A DNA stretch of 64,000 nt, taken from the NCBI GenBank assembly GCA_001179505.1, contig CDMY01001045.1, positions 1-64,000 of the forward strand, given 5' to 3'. Each line of letters begins with the position of its first letter. The stretch's first letter is position 1. A program made the translations under genes and the position numbers. Below the pieces are notes generated by a model that ran no database searches, was not told the origin of the DNA, and was given only the letters and a program-made list of their open reading frames with translations. This stretch comes from Vitrella brassicaformis CCMP3155 (Eukaryota; Protista; Chromerida). Shown piece after piece: positions 13,287-25,061 of this stretch.

Positions 13287-13943
13287 CGGTGACCCATCCA
13301 TTCATCGATTCTCACCTTCGGTCCGTCCCGTGCGTTTCGTGTGTTTCTCCTTCTCCTTCTCTTTCTCCTTCTCCTCCTTCACAGGTACAGGTACAGGTAC
13401 TGGTACAGGCTCCTGCTGCTGCCGCTTCTGCGGCGGTAGGAGCAGCCTCTTGTCGGGAACGATGGGCACGACAGACACAGGCACCGACAGGGGCAGAGGC
13501 ACTGGCACTGGCGCCACTCGGTCGCCGCCGCCGACACCCCCCACACCCACACCCACAGGCACACCCACACCCACAGGCACCTCCTCAGCCACCTGCACAC
13601 CACACCACACCACACACAGATCCACACACGCTGCTGCATTTCGTTTGTGTGGTCAATCTGTGTGGTCATCACCCACCCGTTGGCACAGATACGGATGCAC
13701 ATGCTCACAGGAGTGCTCCTGCACCGGCGCCCCAATGGCGACGAGGCGCGCCCCAATCTGCTGAGGCTGCAGCTGCTGGTACGGGTAGGGGTGCTGCATC
13801 TGGTTGGTAGGGGCGGCCATGGTCATGGTCATGCTCATGCTCATGCTCATGCTCATGCTCATGTCGCCGCTGCTGCCGCTGTTGCTGCTGCTCGAGGGCA
13901 CCATCGTGCTCATGGATGGATCTGTGGAAAGAGGGTCCGCCAT
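11548..13943 (-). CDS. Myb/SANT-domain transcription factor (spans an assembly gap)
   Basis: Exon ~13090-13215 WDLSEDLQLVHLQFVLGNQWKEICTHLTSR joins exon ~12917-12955 TDNAVKNRMPKLK, giving an R3-type Myb repeat. The flanking exons are low complexity (MSMSMS, PVPVPV, KEKEKE). Confidence 0.8.
12041..12340. other. Assembly gap (300 N)
   Basis: Run of N preceded by a G-rich tract. Confidence 1.
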
Positions 13944-14167
13944 GGCTGCTGCTGCTGGTGGTGGCGATGACGGCTCGAGCGATGAGCGCACGGACTCACG
14001 GCGACATCATGCAGCGGAGATCACACAGATGCGAAGCCCTTGCGGGCGGTAGCCATTCTCACAATACAGTCGCACCCAAGACTGCGATGAAGGAAGCGCC
14101 TGCGCCCGCGCTCCCAGACACTGGAAAAACGCCCAGAAAGATCGCAAGCTCAGCTGCACCCCCTTCG

Positions 14168-14177
14168 TAAGCTCGCA
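14168..14177 (-). promoter_or_regulatory. Candidate promoter motif TGCGAGCTTA (reverse strand) between Myb and PAN genes
   Basis: TAAGCTCGCA on the plus strand. The same motif recurs at 22761, 30151, 34171/34188 and 44169. Confidence 0.5.
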
Positions 14178-14211
14178 CTTGTTCCGGACCATTCCGGGGG
14201 CTTTTTTGGCT

Positions 14212-14649
14212 ATGGGGCGGTCAACGGGGGCTGCGGTGTTGCTGCTGTGCTGCCTGATTGGCAGATCTGACGGGCAGGAGCCAGGCGAGTCGCCGCCCTT
14301 CAACATCACGATGGATGAGCTCGACACAGAGTGCTGGGTGAGGACAGTGACACACACACACACGCACACACGGAAATTCTGCTTCTCTCCCTTTGGCTTT
14401 TGCCATTCTGTCTGCTTGTGCATGGGATGTGTGTGATGTGTGTGTGTGTGCAGACGTGGCAGCGTCTGTTGGATGGCACGTTCCTGGAGGGCGCCGACCC
14501 GCTGCCGTTGGAGGAGGTGTGGCTGGTGGACCAGTGCGCCGAGAAATGTGACGCACGGGACGACTGCAAGGCGTGGAGCTTCGACTGGTGGGCGCAGACA
14601 GACAGACAGACAGACAGACACACCGACAGACAGACAGACAGACAGACAG

Positions 14650-14680
<31 letters not shown>

Positions 14681-14901
14681 TGGATGGATGGATGGATGGA
14701 TCGTGCAGCTCTGTGTGGTTGTCTGTCTTGTGCTTGTAGGCTGCATCGTCCGCCGTGTTCGTTGATGTCCGGCGTGTCGTCGGGTCAGTGGTCCAGCATG
14801 CGGGAGCACAACGAGCAGTTCATCGCCAGCGGCAAGAGGGACACCAAGGACTGCAGACCAAGTAGACAGACAGAAACACACACACACACACGCACACACG
14901 C

Positions 14902-14934
<33 letters not shown>

Positions 14935-17900
14935 TACACATGGGCAGTCCACACACAACTAACCGGTGTGTGTGTCTGTGTCTGTCAAATGGTGTGTTGT
15001 GTGCGCAGTCGACGCGAGGCGTCCCTGCTTTGAGCACAACATTCGGCTGCTTTGGTGAGTGCGGTGGTTAAGGTGAGGGCGCATCCGTCGCTGCTCGCCA
15101 TGTGTGTGTGTGTGTGTGTGTAGGAGCGGCATTTCCTACGAGTACACCGACGCCAACCTCACCATGGAAGAGTGCCAAGCCAAGTGTATGTCTGTATGCA
15201 TGCCTGTGTGTGTGTGTCTGTGTGTGTGTGTGAGTGTCGCCACACACACACACACACACACTCAGTGCAATGCGTTCAATGGTGTGGTGTGGTGGCCGGT
15301 GTGTGTTTGTGTGTGTTTGTGTGTGTGTGTGTGTGCAGGTTACGTGACCCGCGAGTGCCGCTACTTCCAGTACACCAAGCCCAACATCTGCTACCTCAAG
15401 AACCGGGCGAGATGGGGTCAGTGAGGAAGAGAGAGAGAGAGAGAGAGAAGGGGGTGGGGCTGGACCACACACATCCAGACGTGTGTATCTCTCTCCCTCT
15501 CGTCCTTGGTCCGCCTCTTTCTGTGTGCTGTGTGCAGGCAACAAGGTGGGTGACGTGGCCGAGATGGATGGGAGAGACAGAACAAGCAAGGCACACAGCC
15601 AGCCAGCCATTCCACTGCATTGCCCCAACGAATCTGATGCACTCCACTGTAGGTGTGTTCTGAGGGTTCGACTGTCGGGTTCTTCAACGGCCGGGAGTGC
15701 GGGCAGCCCTCACTCCTCACCCCGTCAGACACCGACGTCAGCCGCCTCAAGGCACAGGGGCTGCTCTCATCCCTCCAGCTCCTTTACGAGTCATACCCCA
15801 CTTTCAACGTCTCACAAGGTAGGTGACCTGACACTCAAACTCACACCCACACCCACACTCCCACTCTCACACAAACCGACGCGATGCGATGCGATGCGAT
15901 GCGTGTGTGTGTTGTGTTGTGTTGTGTTGTGTTCAGAGTCCTATGACATGGTGAACCAGTGTGGGTGCTACTGGGAGGGGACGGTGCCCTTCTACGAGCA
16001 CGACGAGGACACCAACACCACTGCCGAGGGCAGCGCCGTGCTCTTGCGGGTACAGACACACACATACACATACACACGCACCACAGACAGGTGGTTTGTC
16101 GTGTGTGGTGTGTTGTGTGTGGTGTGCAGGAGCACCGGGTGCGGCTGACGGCGCCGCGCGAGTGCCAGCTGCTCTGCCAGGTCAGGCAAGCCCACGCACG
16201 CACACCCTCTAGACACTCATGGATGGCGGTGTGACTCATTTACTCGTTTAGGGCGAGGAGGGGTGCGAGCACTTCTCGACGGGCTCCAAAATGTGAGTCC
16301 GTCTGTCTGTCTGTCTATCTGTCTGTCTGTCTGTCTGTCGCCATCTATTGGTTCATGTGCCTCCGTCCACTGCTCGTTGGGGTCTGTGTGTGTGTGCAGT
16401 TGTCAGCTTTGGAAAGACGTGAAGGAGTGGGTGCCGAAGGACGACCCGCACAGCGACTGGGGTGCCGGGCCGGCGCTGTGCCCGAGAGACCGCCTCGGTC
16501 AGTGAGATGGGGAACACACACACACACGCTCTGTTGCATGGCGGCGTCCTCCTCTCTCTCTTTGACTTTCAGACGAGGGCCTTCTATGCGACAGCAGTAA
16601 GCAGCACACATACTCCCACACAGAGAGGGACTCCATCCACCATGCCATTTGTGTGTATGTGTGTGTGTGTCTGCGGCACGGCATCAGGTTTCTACCGCCA
16701 GCGCTACACGGCGCTGTCCCTGTTCGTCCTGAAGGTCAAGGACGTCCGAGTGCCCATGGGCGACAGCTGCCCCATGGAGATCAACTGGCCCTCCCTGGGG
16801 TGGATCGTCGCTGCTGCCGTCATCTTCCTGGGGTGCTTCATCATGGCGTCGGTGTCGCGGGCCTACTACGAGAAGACCACCAACGTCGTCAGCGTCATGG
16901 TGGCCGCTATCGCCATGTTCGACTTCCTCACCGATATGGCCTTTGTCGCAAGATCCTATGACGAAAAAATGTGTAAGGAGGCACCTTCCCCCCCCCCCCC
17001 CCCNNNNNNNNNNNNNNNNNNNNNNNNNNNNNNNNNNNNNNNNNNNNNNNNNNNNNNNNNNNNNNNNNNNNNNNNNNNNNNNNNNNNNNNNNNNNNNNNN
17101 NNNNNNNNNNNNNNNNNNNNNNNNNNNNNNNNNNNNNNNNNNNNNNNNNNNNNNNNNNNNNNNNNNNNNNNNNNNNNNNNNNNNNNNNNNNNNNNNNNNN
17201 NNNNNNNNNNNNNNNNNNNNNNNNNNNNNNNNNNNNNNNNNNNNNNNNNNNNNNNNNNNNNNNNNNNNNNNNNNNNNNNNNNNNNNNNNNNNNNNNNNNN
17301 NNNCCCTCCCCCCCCTTGCACCCTCCTCTCTCTCTCTGTGTGTGTGTGTGTATATGTCAGTGTGGGTCTTCTGGTGCGGCCTCTTGCACCTGATCATCAT
17401 GATGATGTTCAACACGGCCGCCTTGATCACCATGACCCGGTCGGCGGGCAAGCAGGGGGACTACTATCGCCGATGGATGGCGTCCCTGGAGGAGCACAAC
17501 CGCCACTACCGCACCGCCACGGCCATCATCTTCTTCAGCTCCTTCCTCCACCTGGGCACGCTGCACCTCTTCGGCAGCAGGCTGTTCGGGCGGACGGCCT
17601 TCTCTCTGCAGGTGCACCAGAAGTCCTTTCTGTTCTTTGAGCTGCTGACGCTGGCAGAGGATTTGCCACAAGTGACACTACAGGTGACGTTGAGAGGGGG
17701 GCGCGGGGAGGCGATTAAGTGCTTCGTATCTGTGTGTGTGTGTGCCTGGGCAGGTGTCTTATGTGCTGCTCAACTCTGGCTCCCAAGGCATCCCCTCCGT
17801 CACACTCGTCTCCCTCCTCACGTCCGTCTTCCAGGTGCGCCAGCCAATAAGCCACACAAATCACACACACACACCACGACAGACAACTCAACTCACCTCA

Positions 17901-18197
17901 ACTCCCATATGATGTGTGCAGATCCTCAAGATCGTCCTCTTCGGTCTAAAGTACGCTCTCTCAACGGTGTTCCCCTCTGTGGCTCTCAAGAGCCACATGA
18001 CCCACATGGACGTCGAGTCCCAGAGGGACCCGTCGATCTACATGGCGTCCAATCCCTCACGCTCCGTCAGCTCGGCCCCCAGCAAGGCATCCAACGGCAA
18101 GGAGATAGATAGAGACACTGACAGACAGACAGAGAGACACGAACGGGACCAACGGCTGATGGGGGGATGGATGGATGGATGGATGGGCCGTTTGTAG
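14212..18197 (+). CDS. Signal peptide plus PAN/apple domains plus multipass TM region with EDLPQ motif (spans a gap)
   Basis: Signal MGRSTGAAVLLLCCLIGRSDG. Apple-like Cys patterns QCAEKCDARDDCKAWSF...CSL and ECQAK|CYVTRECRYFQYTKPNICYLK, plus a third partial ECQLLCQ. TM helices WIVAAAVIFLGCFIMASV, VVSVMVAAIAMFDFLTDMAFV, AIIFFSSFLHLG and AEDLPQVTLQ. The 3' end is uncertain. Confidence 0.75.
17004..17303. other. Assembly gap (300 N)
   Basis: Run of N flanked by poly-C. Confidence 1.
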
Positions 18198-18852
18198 CAC
18201 AAGGGTCAGAGGGGGGGACAGTGGTGGGAAGGAGGCCGTGTTCCGTTTTGTGTCGTCAGCGGGAGCTGAGGGCATTTCATTGTTATCAGAGAGCAGCGTT
18301 GGTCCGTCGGTGTGAGAGGGAGGGAGGGAGGGAGGGAGGGATGGAGGAGGGATGTGGGTGGATGTGATTCATTCATGTGTGAGCCCCAGTGCGATTCATG
18401 TGAGTGAGCTGCGTGTAGTCCGCACAGCGCAGCAGGGCAGGGCAGGGGTACCTTCCTACCGTACAAAGTATCTATTTGTGCTCTCTCTCTCTCTCTCTCG
18501 TAGTCGAATGTGATGTGCGTCCGTTCGTCCGTCCGTGGTGCTTGTGTGTCGTTTTCATCCATTCTCTCTATCCGATGGGTGGGTGCGTGGTGTCTGTCGA
18601 TCGACAGACACCACGCGCTCACTGTTCGTGTGCGCCCTTTGTCCGCCCATTCCTTGCTTGCTCGGTCTGGATGTCTGTCTGGATGTCTGGAGTTTATGAG
18701 AATGAGACCGCCTGGATGGATGGATGGTTTGTTTGGGGGTCTGCCTGTCTGTCTGTGTCTGTCTGTCTGTCTGTCTTTTGTCGCATTTCGCACAGTTCAT
18801 CTCGCTCTTGCTGGCAGGCTGAGCAGCTGAGAAAGCCAGCCAGGCCGGCCTT

Positions 18853-18884
<32 letters not shown>

Positions 18885-19740
18885 AGTATGGATTCAGTAT
18901 GGGGCGGTGTGGGGTACGCGATTTGTTGTTGTTGTTGTTGTTTTCCATGTGGTTCTTGTTCGTGTGATACCTCTATCCGCTCCTTCCTCGGCTGGCTGTG
19001 TGTGTGTGTGTGTGTGTGTATGTGGTGGGGAAGGGGGGCCGCCGGGCCAGTCGAGTTTTATTACACCTACTTCGTGTCAGAACGGTATTTGTTTCTTTTG
19101 TGCCCGTCTTGTCTGGTGCAGTGACTTAACAGATTGTAGGTCTGGTTGTGTGGTGTGTGGTGTGAATTCTGTCTGCCTGTTGTCAGCCTGTCGCTGCCTA
19201 TCTGTCTAGCCGCCCGCTCGTGTCCCACTGGCATGGATGGATGGATGTCTTTCATCGCCTTTATTCTATCCGCCGTCTCGTCTCGTCTCGAGCCGGCGGA
19301 ATGAGCTGAGCAGCTAAGCCGATTGGTTCTGGCTTTATACGACTTCTTACTTCCCGTGTGTGAGTACAGTACCTCGTGTTTCATGGTGCAGTCAGTCAGT
19401 TCTCGTAAGTAAGTGGCTGTGGTGTGTGGGTCTGGGTCAGATTTTGGTACTTGACGAACGAACATGCTGGCCTGGCGTGTGTGGAGGTTACCTATACTGA
19501 GGGAGGGAGGGGGGGGGGATACTTAAGGTTTATAAGGTGTCGCATACGTGTGTGTGGATGCGACGGCTTTGAGGGGGACAGACATCAGATAGATCAGCCT
19601 AACGCTCATTGCTGTGCTCCATCCACATGAAGGGCCCTCACCACAGACACAGACACGGACACACAAACCCATCCACCCCACCCCACCCCTCCCCACCAAA
19701 TTTGCCGCTGAAGGCCATCGATCCACCCAGCGTATGTATT

Positions 19741-20858
19741 TCACCCATCGATATCATCCGGCAGCTGCCCGCAGTCCTCAATATTCACAGTCGCACTAAG
19801 CGGCACCACATCTGCCATAGGCCCATGAGTCATGTCCAACATAGTCGGCCGTTCGCCGTGCCCACGGCCGCTGCCAGCTGAGTCTCCGGCCGCCATTGTT
19901 ATGCCGTGTAGCCAGCTGACGGTCCTGAGATCCTCGATGAAGCCCACCACCGTCTCCCACGTGTGCAGGTTGTTGGCCGACGACACGCTGATGAGGAAGC
20001 GACTCCCTGCACACACACACACACACACTCTGTGTGCTGTGCTGGTTGAGGGTGAAGGGACGGTGTAACCACACCATGCAGCTTGTGCAGAGCGAAGCCG
20101 TTCTTGTCGACGCACCTCTCGCCCATCAGGGCTACCATGCCCGGCTTGCGGGGCCCGATGAGGGACGCCTTGTGGTCCCACCTGGTGTGGTTTGGGCCGT
20201 AGACGGACTCAGTGGTGACGGTGAATTGCTGGTTGCGGCCGTCACGACTGTCCAGACAGCCGCCCTCCAGCTCTGCCCCTTTCACTGCGTAGCCCAGCCT
20301 CGTGCCTGCGCGAGGCACCCACACACACAATTCTCGTCTCGTCTCTCTGTGCCTGACGTCAGTCAGTTAGTCACCTTTGTAGTGCAGCGGGTATCCCGAC
20401 GCGCCGACGCCCTTCTCCCCGGTGCAGTAGCACCTGAAGGAAATGAAGCCCACCAACCGATCCACTCATCCGGCCATTGGATCGATGGATGGCATACTCG
20501 GCACAGCGCCACCTGAATGAAGTCGATGTACCTGAAGTTCTCGGCCGCCTTGGGGCTGACGTCGGTGAAGAGGAAGATGACCACTCGCCGGTGGAAACAG
20601 GTGGGGCCCGCCGCAGCGCCGCTGCCGTCGGTGACGCACAGGTCCAGGAAGACTCTCGGACGCTAAACAAAAAGACCGCTAGATAGGTTAGCTAGGTGTG
20701 TGGGTCTGTATGTGGTTGTTCGTTCTTGCCTTTGTTGGCGGTGAGGTGGCGATCTTTTTGGCGCACTCGAAGCCCTCCGTCAGATTCTCAAGCAACACGC
20801 CGGCCACCGCCTTGACCTGAAAAGACAATGGGACACAAACACACACACACACACACGG

Positions 20859-20893
<35 letters not shown>

Positions 20894-22628
20894 CAGAACA
20901 TAACGGCGTTGCGGTGCGACGTTTCACTGACCGTCTTCTGCGTGTGCTGCTTGACCTTGAGGCAGAGGATGCGCCACAAGTCGGTTTCCTGACGGACAGA
21001 CACCCAGACAGACTCCTCCCATGTGTCTGTCTGTGTCTGCGTGTGCTTACTTTGAGCAGATCTGCTCAGTGGTAAAAATCGACATGCAGGGCAAGGTAAA
21101 TGTCCAGCTGGAAGACCAGGCTGACCAGGTCATTTGTCGCCTGCACGCACGCACACACACACACACACACACATACCCATGGTCCATAGACACACACTGA
21201 GAGCCAGCTGCCCGTCTGTCTGCCTACGTTGACGGCGAGTGCGCCTTTGATGGACTTCTCGAAGTCCTTGAGCCGCGCGGCGACGGGTGCCATGTCGTTG
21301 GCCTGGCGGAGCTCCTCTGCCAGCCGCTCGCACACAACCTGCTCATCCTCAGCAGCCAGGCTGATAACTGACGGGACACAAGCCGACACGCACCCTTGTT
21401 GTTTGGGTGTTTATTCTGTGTGTCTGTAGTGTGCTCACCTGGTGGTTTGTTGGCGGTGTCGTTGAGCATGTCATCGATGGGTTTGGGCTCGGCCGTTTTG
21501 AGCCTGTCGACCATGCGCATGAAGTGGGCGACGATGTCCTTTTGCAGTCGGCTCAGCTGCTGCTCCACCAGCACACTCTTGTCGATGGCCTTGCCCTTGC
21601 TCTGCACAGCACATCCATGCGACACGTCACCATACCAGCCTCGCTCCTCTCCTTGGTGCTTGACTGACCTTTAGTTTGGCCATGTCCTGGTCGATTTTGG
21701 CGTCAAGGGCCGTCGCGAGGAATGATGATTTGCCTCTCAGAGCCCGCCGCACCAACTCGAGCACCCAGGACTCGTCTGGCGAGGGCACCAGGTGGCCGCC
21801 CGTCGCGTGACGCACAAAGTGGGGCCACCGCGCCTCCGGCAGCACTACCAGAAAGTCGTGTAGCCAATCCAAAAGGTCGCCTTGCGCCGATAGCGCCATC
21901 CCGCTGAGTGTCTTGGTCGCAACGGTGCGCAGGGCGGACAGGAGCGTGCAAGCGGCCGTGGGAATGCCGGGCACGCCACCGATCAGGAACGGACGACTGA
22001 TGGCGGCCAATGGGGAGTCGAGAGTGACGAAGCGTACCGTGAGCTTGGCACGCTGGATGTCGCCCACGGTCGCCCTGGCGAGAACAAAATGTCGCCGCCG
22101 CAGCTCCTCCAGCGGTGCGACCACATCGCCATGAAACGTCAAGCGGAGGACGGAAATGTGGCAGGCGCCAGAGGGGCCTCCGAACGTCGCGTCGACCACA
22201 CAGGTCTCTTGGTCAAAGTCATTGCGAGCGTACACCAGCAGGTCCACCTCGCCGGCCTGCGGCTCAGTCATGTCGCCAGATGCAGCCCCAGCACTACTGG
22301 AACGAGCTGAGGCATCCTCTGCGCCGCTGAAGCCAGCCAGGCACTTGCTGATGGCTACCCTCTCCCGCTCCAGCTGAAACACGTGGAAGTCCGCCATGTC
22401 GATAAAGCCGATAAACAGTCGGGCGACGTTGGTGTTGGCGAAGGCCGGCCTCACTATGGCACGGAAGAGCTCACAAGGCTCCCGATGAGTCTCTTCATCC
22501 TCCCGAAGGCACCTCGTCGAGCAGTAGAGCATCTCGCCGCAGACTTGGCATGCGACTCGCCGGCCGAGAAAGCCGCACCTGAGGCACTTGAGGTCGGCGG
22601 CGGGATGAGTCATTGTCGCGTCCGACAT
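19741..22628 (-). CDS. MYND-type zinc finger plus helical region plus divergent cyclophilin-like domain, paralog A
   Basis: Exon 1: CLRC...CQVC...YCSTRCLREDEETHREPC, ending AKLK|gtcagt and spliced to SKGKAIDKSV.... C-terminal exons: FLFTDVSPKAAENFR, GTRLGYAVKGAELEGG...ESVYG, GSRFLISV...TVVGFI and VNIEDCGQL, collinear with the cyclophilin fold. Confidence 0.72.
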
Positions 22629-22760
22629 CGGTGGGAAGGCGGCGTCACGATAAACGTCAGGATGAAGCCTTCATTGAAGGTAGAAAAGCATAGATCTGCA
22701 GATGGGAGGGCTCGGGCTTCCTTTCGTCCGGAAGAACTCCGGAATCGCTCGGTCCCCATT

Positions 22761-22771
22761 TGCGAGCTTAG
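22761..22771 (+). promoter_or_regulatory. Candidate promoter motif TGCGAGCTTAG
   Basis: Lies in the 169-bp gap between the divergent ATGs at 22628 and 22798. Confidence 0.5.
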
Positions 22772-22797
22772 AAGGCTGATCGTTCATCATCTACACA

Positions 22798-24494
22798 ATG
22801 TCTGCCAACCCCATCGATTACTCCAAGTGGGACCATCTCGGTGACGGCAGCGATGAAGATGATGACGGTTCCCCAGCGCACTCGTCGGCACAGGCTCTGG
22901 CAGCTGCCTTATCCGGCATGTCTATCGGGGACTCGCCGACCAGACCCTCCGCATCAACAAGCACGACGAGCGCCGCGGACGGCCGCCTTCCCTTCAGCTC
23001 CGGTGAGATGCCCGGCTACAAGGTGCGGATGGAAGCCTCGACGCCTGACCCAGAACGAGAGGTCGAGAGATGCATTGTGTGCCGCAAGCAGCCTGGGCCC
23101 GGCCAGCGGTTGCAGGTGTGCGGTCGGTGTGTGCGTGAGGTGAGTCCCCGCTACTGCAGCCAACAGTGTCTGAAGCAGCATTTCGACGAGGGGCGGCACA
23201 CCAAGGCCATGTGCGAGCGGGGAAGGGAGCTGTATGTCAACAGATTATCTTTGCGGGGGAATCGGCTGGATGAGCGAGGAGAGCTTTTTCAAGCAGCAGC
23301 GGATGACGCAGCAAGCGATTCTGGCCGAGATCAAGAGCTACCAGCGGCGCACGCGAGTGGTTTTCAACGTCATGAAGGTGGGCCCATTCGGCACCGACCG
23401 CGTCTATTGCGTCGTGAGTCTGTTCAGCAACTCAGAGGAAGGGCATGAGGAGCGCCATCCCCCTCCCGACACTGGTGCCATCGTCAGCAAGGACGGCGTG
23501 CTGTACCCAAGCTACCAGCTGGTTCCCCTCACCATACACCACGATGAATGGACCGACCAGAGGCTGCCGCACGACGGCTGCGGAGTGAGGATCACGGCAA
23601 TCGTCTCCAAGATCATCTCGACCCTGCTCCGCACCAGGGCCCACCTGAGCGGCCGACTCTGGGTCGACCACAACATCAGAGGCGAGATCGATCTGCTGTT
23701 CTGGCGCAAGTTCCTGTGCAGGGCTCCCCATCCCTTGCTCGGCTCACTCACCTTCTACTTCATCCCCGCACCACTTCATGTGGTGACCAACACGCTGGAA
23801 GCGGCTGCCGTACAAAGCTTCGGCGACGATCAGGGTGAGGAGCTTCGCGTGGTGATCAACGAATTTCTGACGAGGAGCAACCAGATGCGCCGCCTGCACA
23901 CGGTCGAGAGCCACCGCGACATGCTCAACCGTGACGAGGGGCGCAAGGAGATCGAGTGGGAGGTCAAGGTGATAGGGGGAGCCGAGGGCATGATCGATCG
24001 CATGTGCCGCGAGGCCGCCAGCCAGGTACTTGCCGTGGCTCGGTGCATCCTCTTGCCGTGTTCATGCTGCGGTGTGTGTGCAGATGGGCGTCCGTCGTCG
24101 GCAGTTGAGTGGCGCAGTGGCGCAACTCAAGGCTGATTTCATCGAGTCCGCTGTTGCCATTACCGATGCCTTCAGGTGGGTACATTCCTTCCTATGAGCA
24201 TCGCGCCTGCTTCTGTCCGTGAACAGGCACAACCTGATTGAGTATACCAGAGGCATGGAGCACACGAATCCCTGGGAGCTGTCACTCGGCAAATTGGCCA
24301 AGATGACGGAGCAGGAGATGCTGCGTGTCGAGGAGGAGGTGGCGGCCACCGAGTACCCCGAGCACGCCAAGAGAATGATGGCCGTCATGCCTTCTCCCTA
24401 CTCTGAGGAGAGGGACGGGCCGATGGTCACCTTGGCTGATGGGAGGGAGGTGTGTGATGTCGATATGCTGCTCAGCACACAGGGGCTCATTTGA
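22798..24494 (+). CDS. Protein with Cdc37-like N-terminal motif, MYND finger and uncharacterised C-terminal domain
   Basis: Starts MSANPIDYSKWDHLGDGSDEDDD and contains CIVC...CGRC...YCSQQCLKQHF...H...C. It continues in the +1 frame from ~23234 (short intron or frameshift), then exons ~24083-24176 and ~24227-24494. Confidence 0.65.
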
Positions 24495-25061
24495 TGGGGG
24501 CAGGGGAATGTCTTTTTTGCTGTGCATGCGAGTCAGTGCCGTTTATTCTCGTTTGCGTACGCGTGAGTGTGTGTGTGTGTGTGTGTGCGTCTGCAAGTGT
24601 GTTGAGTGCGCTGACTGCGTTGACGAATCGTCTGATAGGACGTGGCAACCAGACCTTTACCTGCTTTATTGGATGACATTCGTCTCGACACACACGTCAA
24701 GCCGACAGTCACATCACACACACACGTGTCCTGCCGGGCAAATCTTCATCAGACAGGCAGGCAGGCAGACAGGGAGGGAGCACAGCAGCCTGATGTGGAC
24801 TGCCTGGTGTGAACAGCTTGATGAGACCTGATCAATCCTGATATTCGCTTACACACATGGGCATGACTCTACCCAGCAGCTTCCACTAGAGACGTCTTTG
24901 TGTCAATACGACTGACTGTAAAGCAATTCACGACTGTACAGCCAGCAGGAGTCCATCGCCATACACAGACAGACACACTGCGCCGCCAAGAAAGCGGCTT
25001 AAATGCAGCCATCCATCCATCAATCCAGCTGTCCATCCCTGAGCCACAGCACCCGACCCGA

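Noticed and set aside
13816-13863. (CATGCT)n hexamer array
   Set aside because: It encodes the MSMSMS low-complexity tract of the Myb gene, an ordinary coding microsatellite.
18200-19700. Possible small gene with short exons between the PAN gene and paralog A
   Set aside because: No consistent reading frame or recognisable motif could be assembled. It may be UTR.
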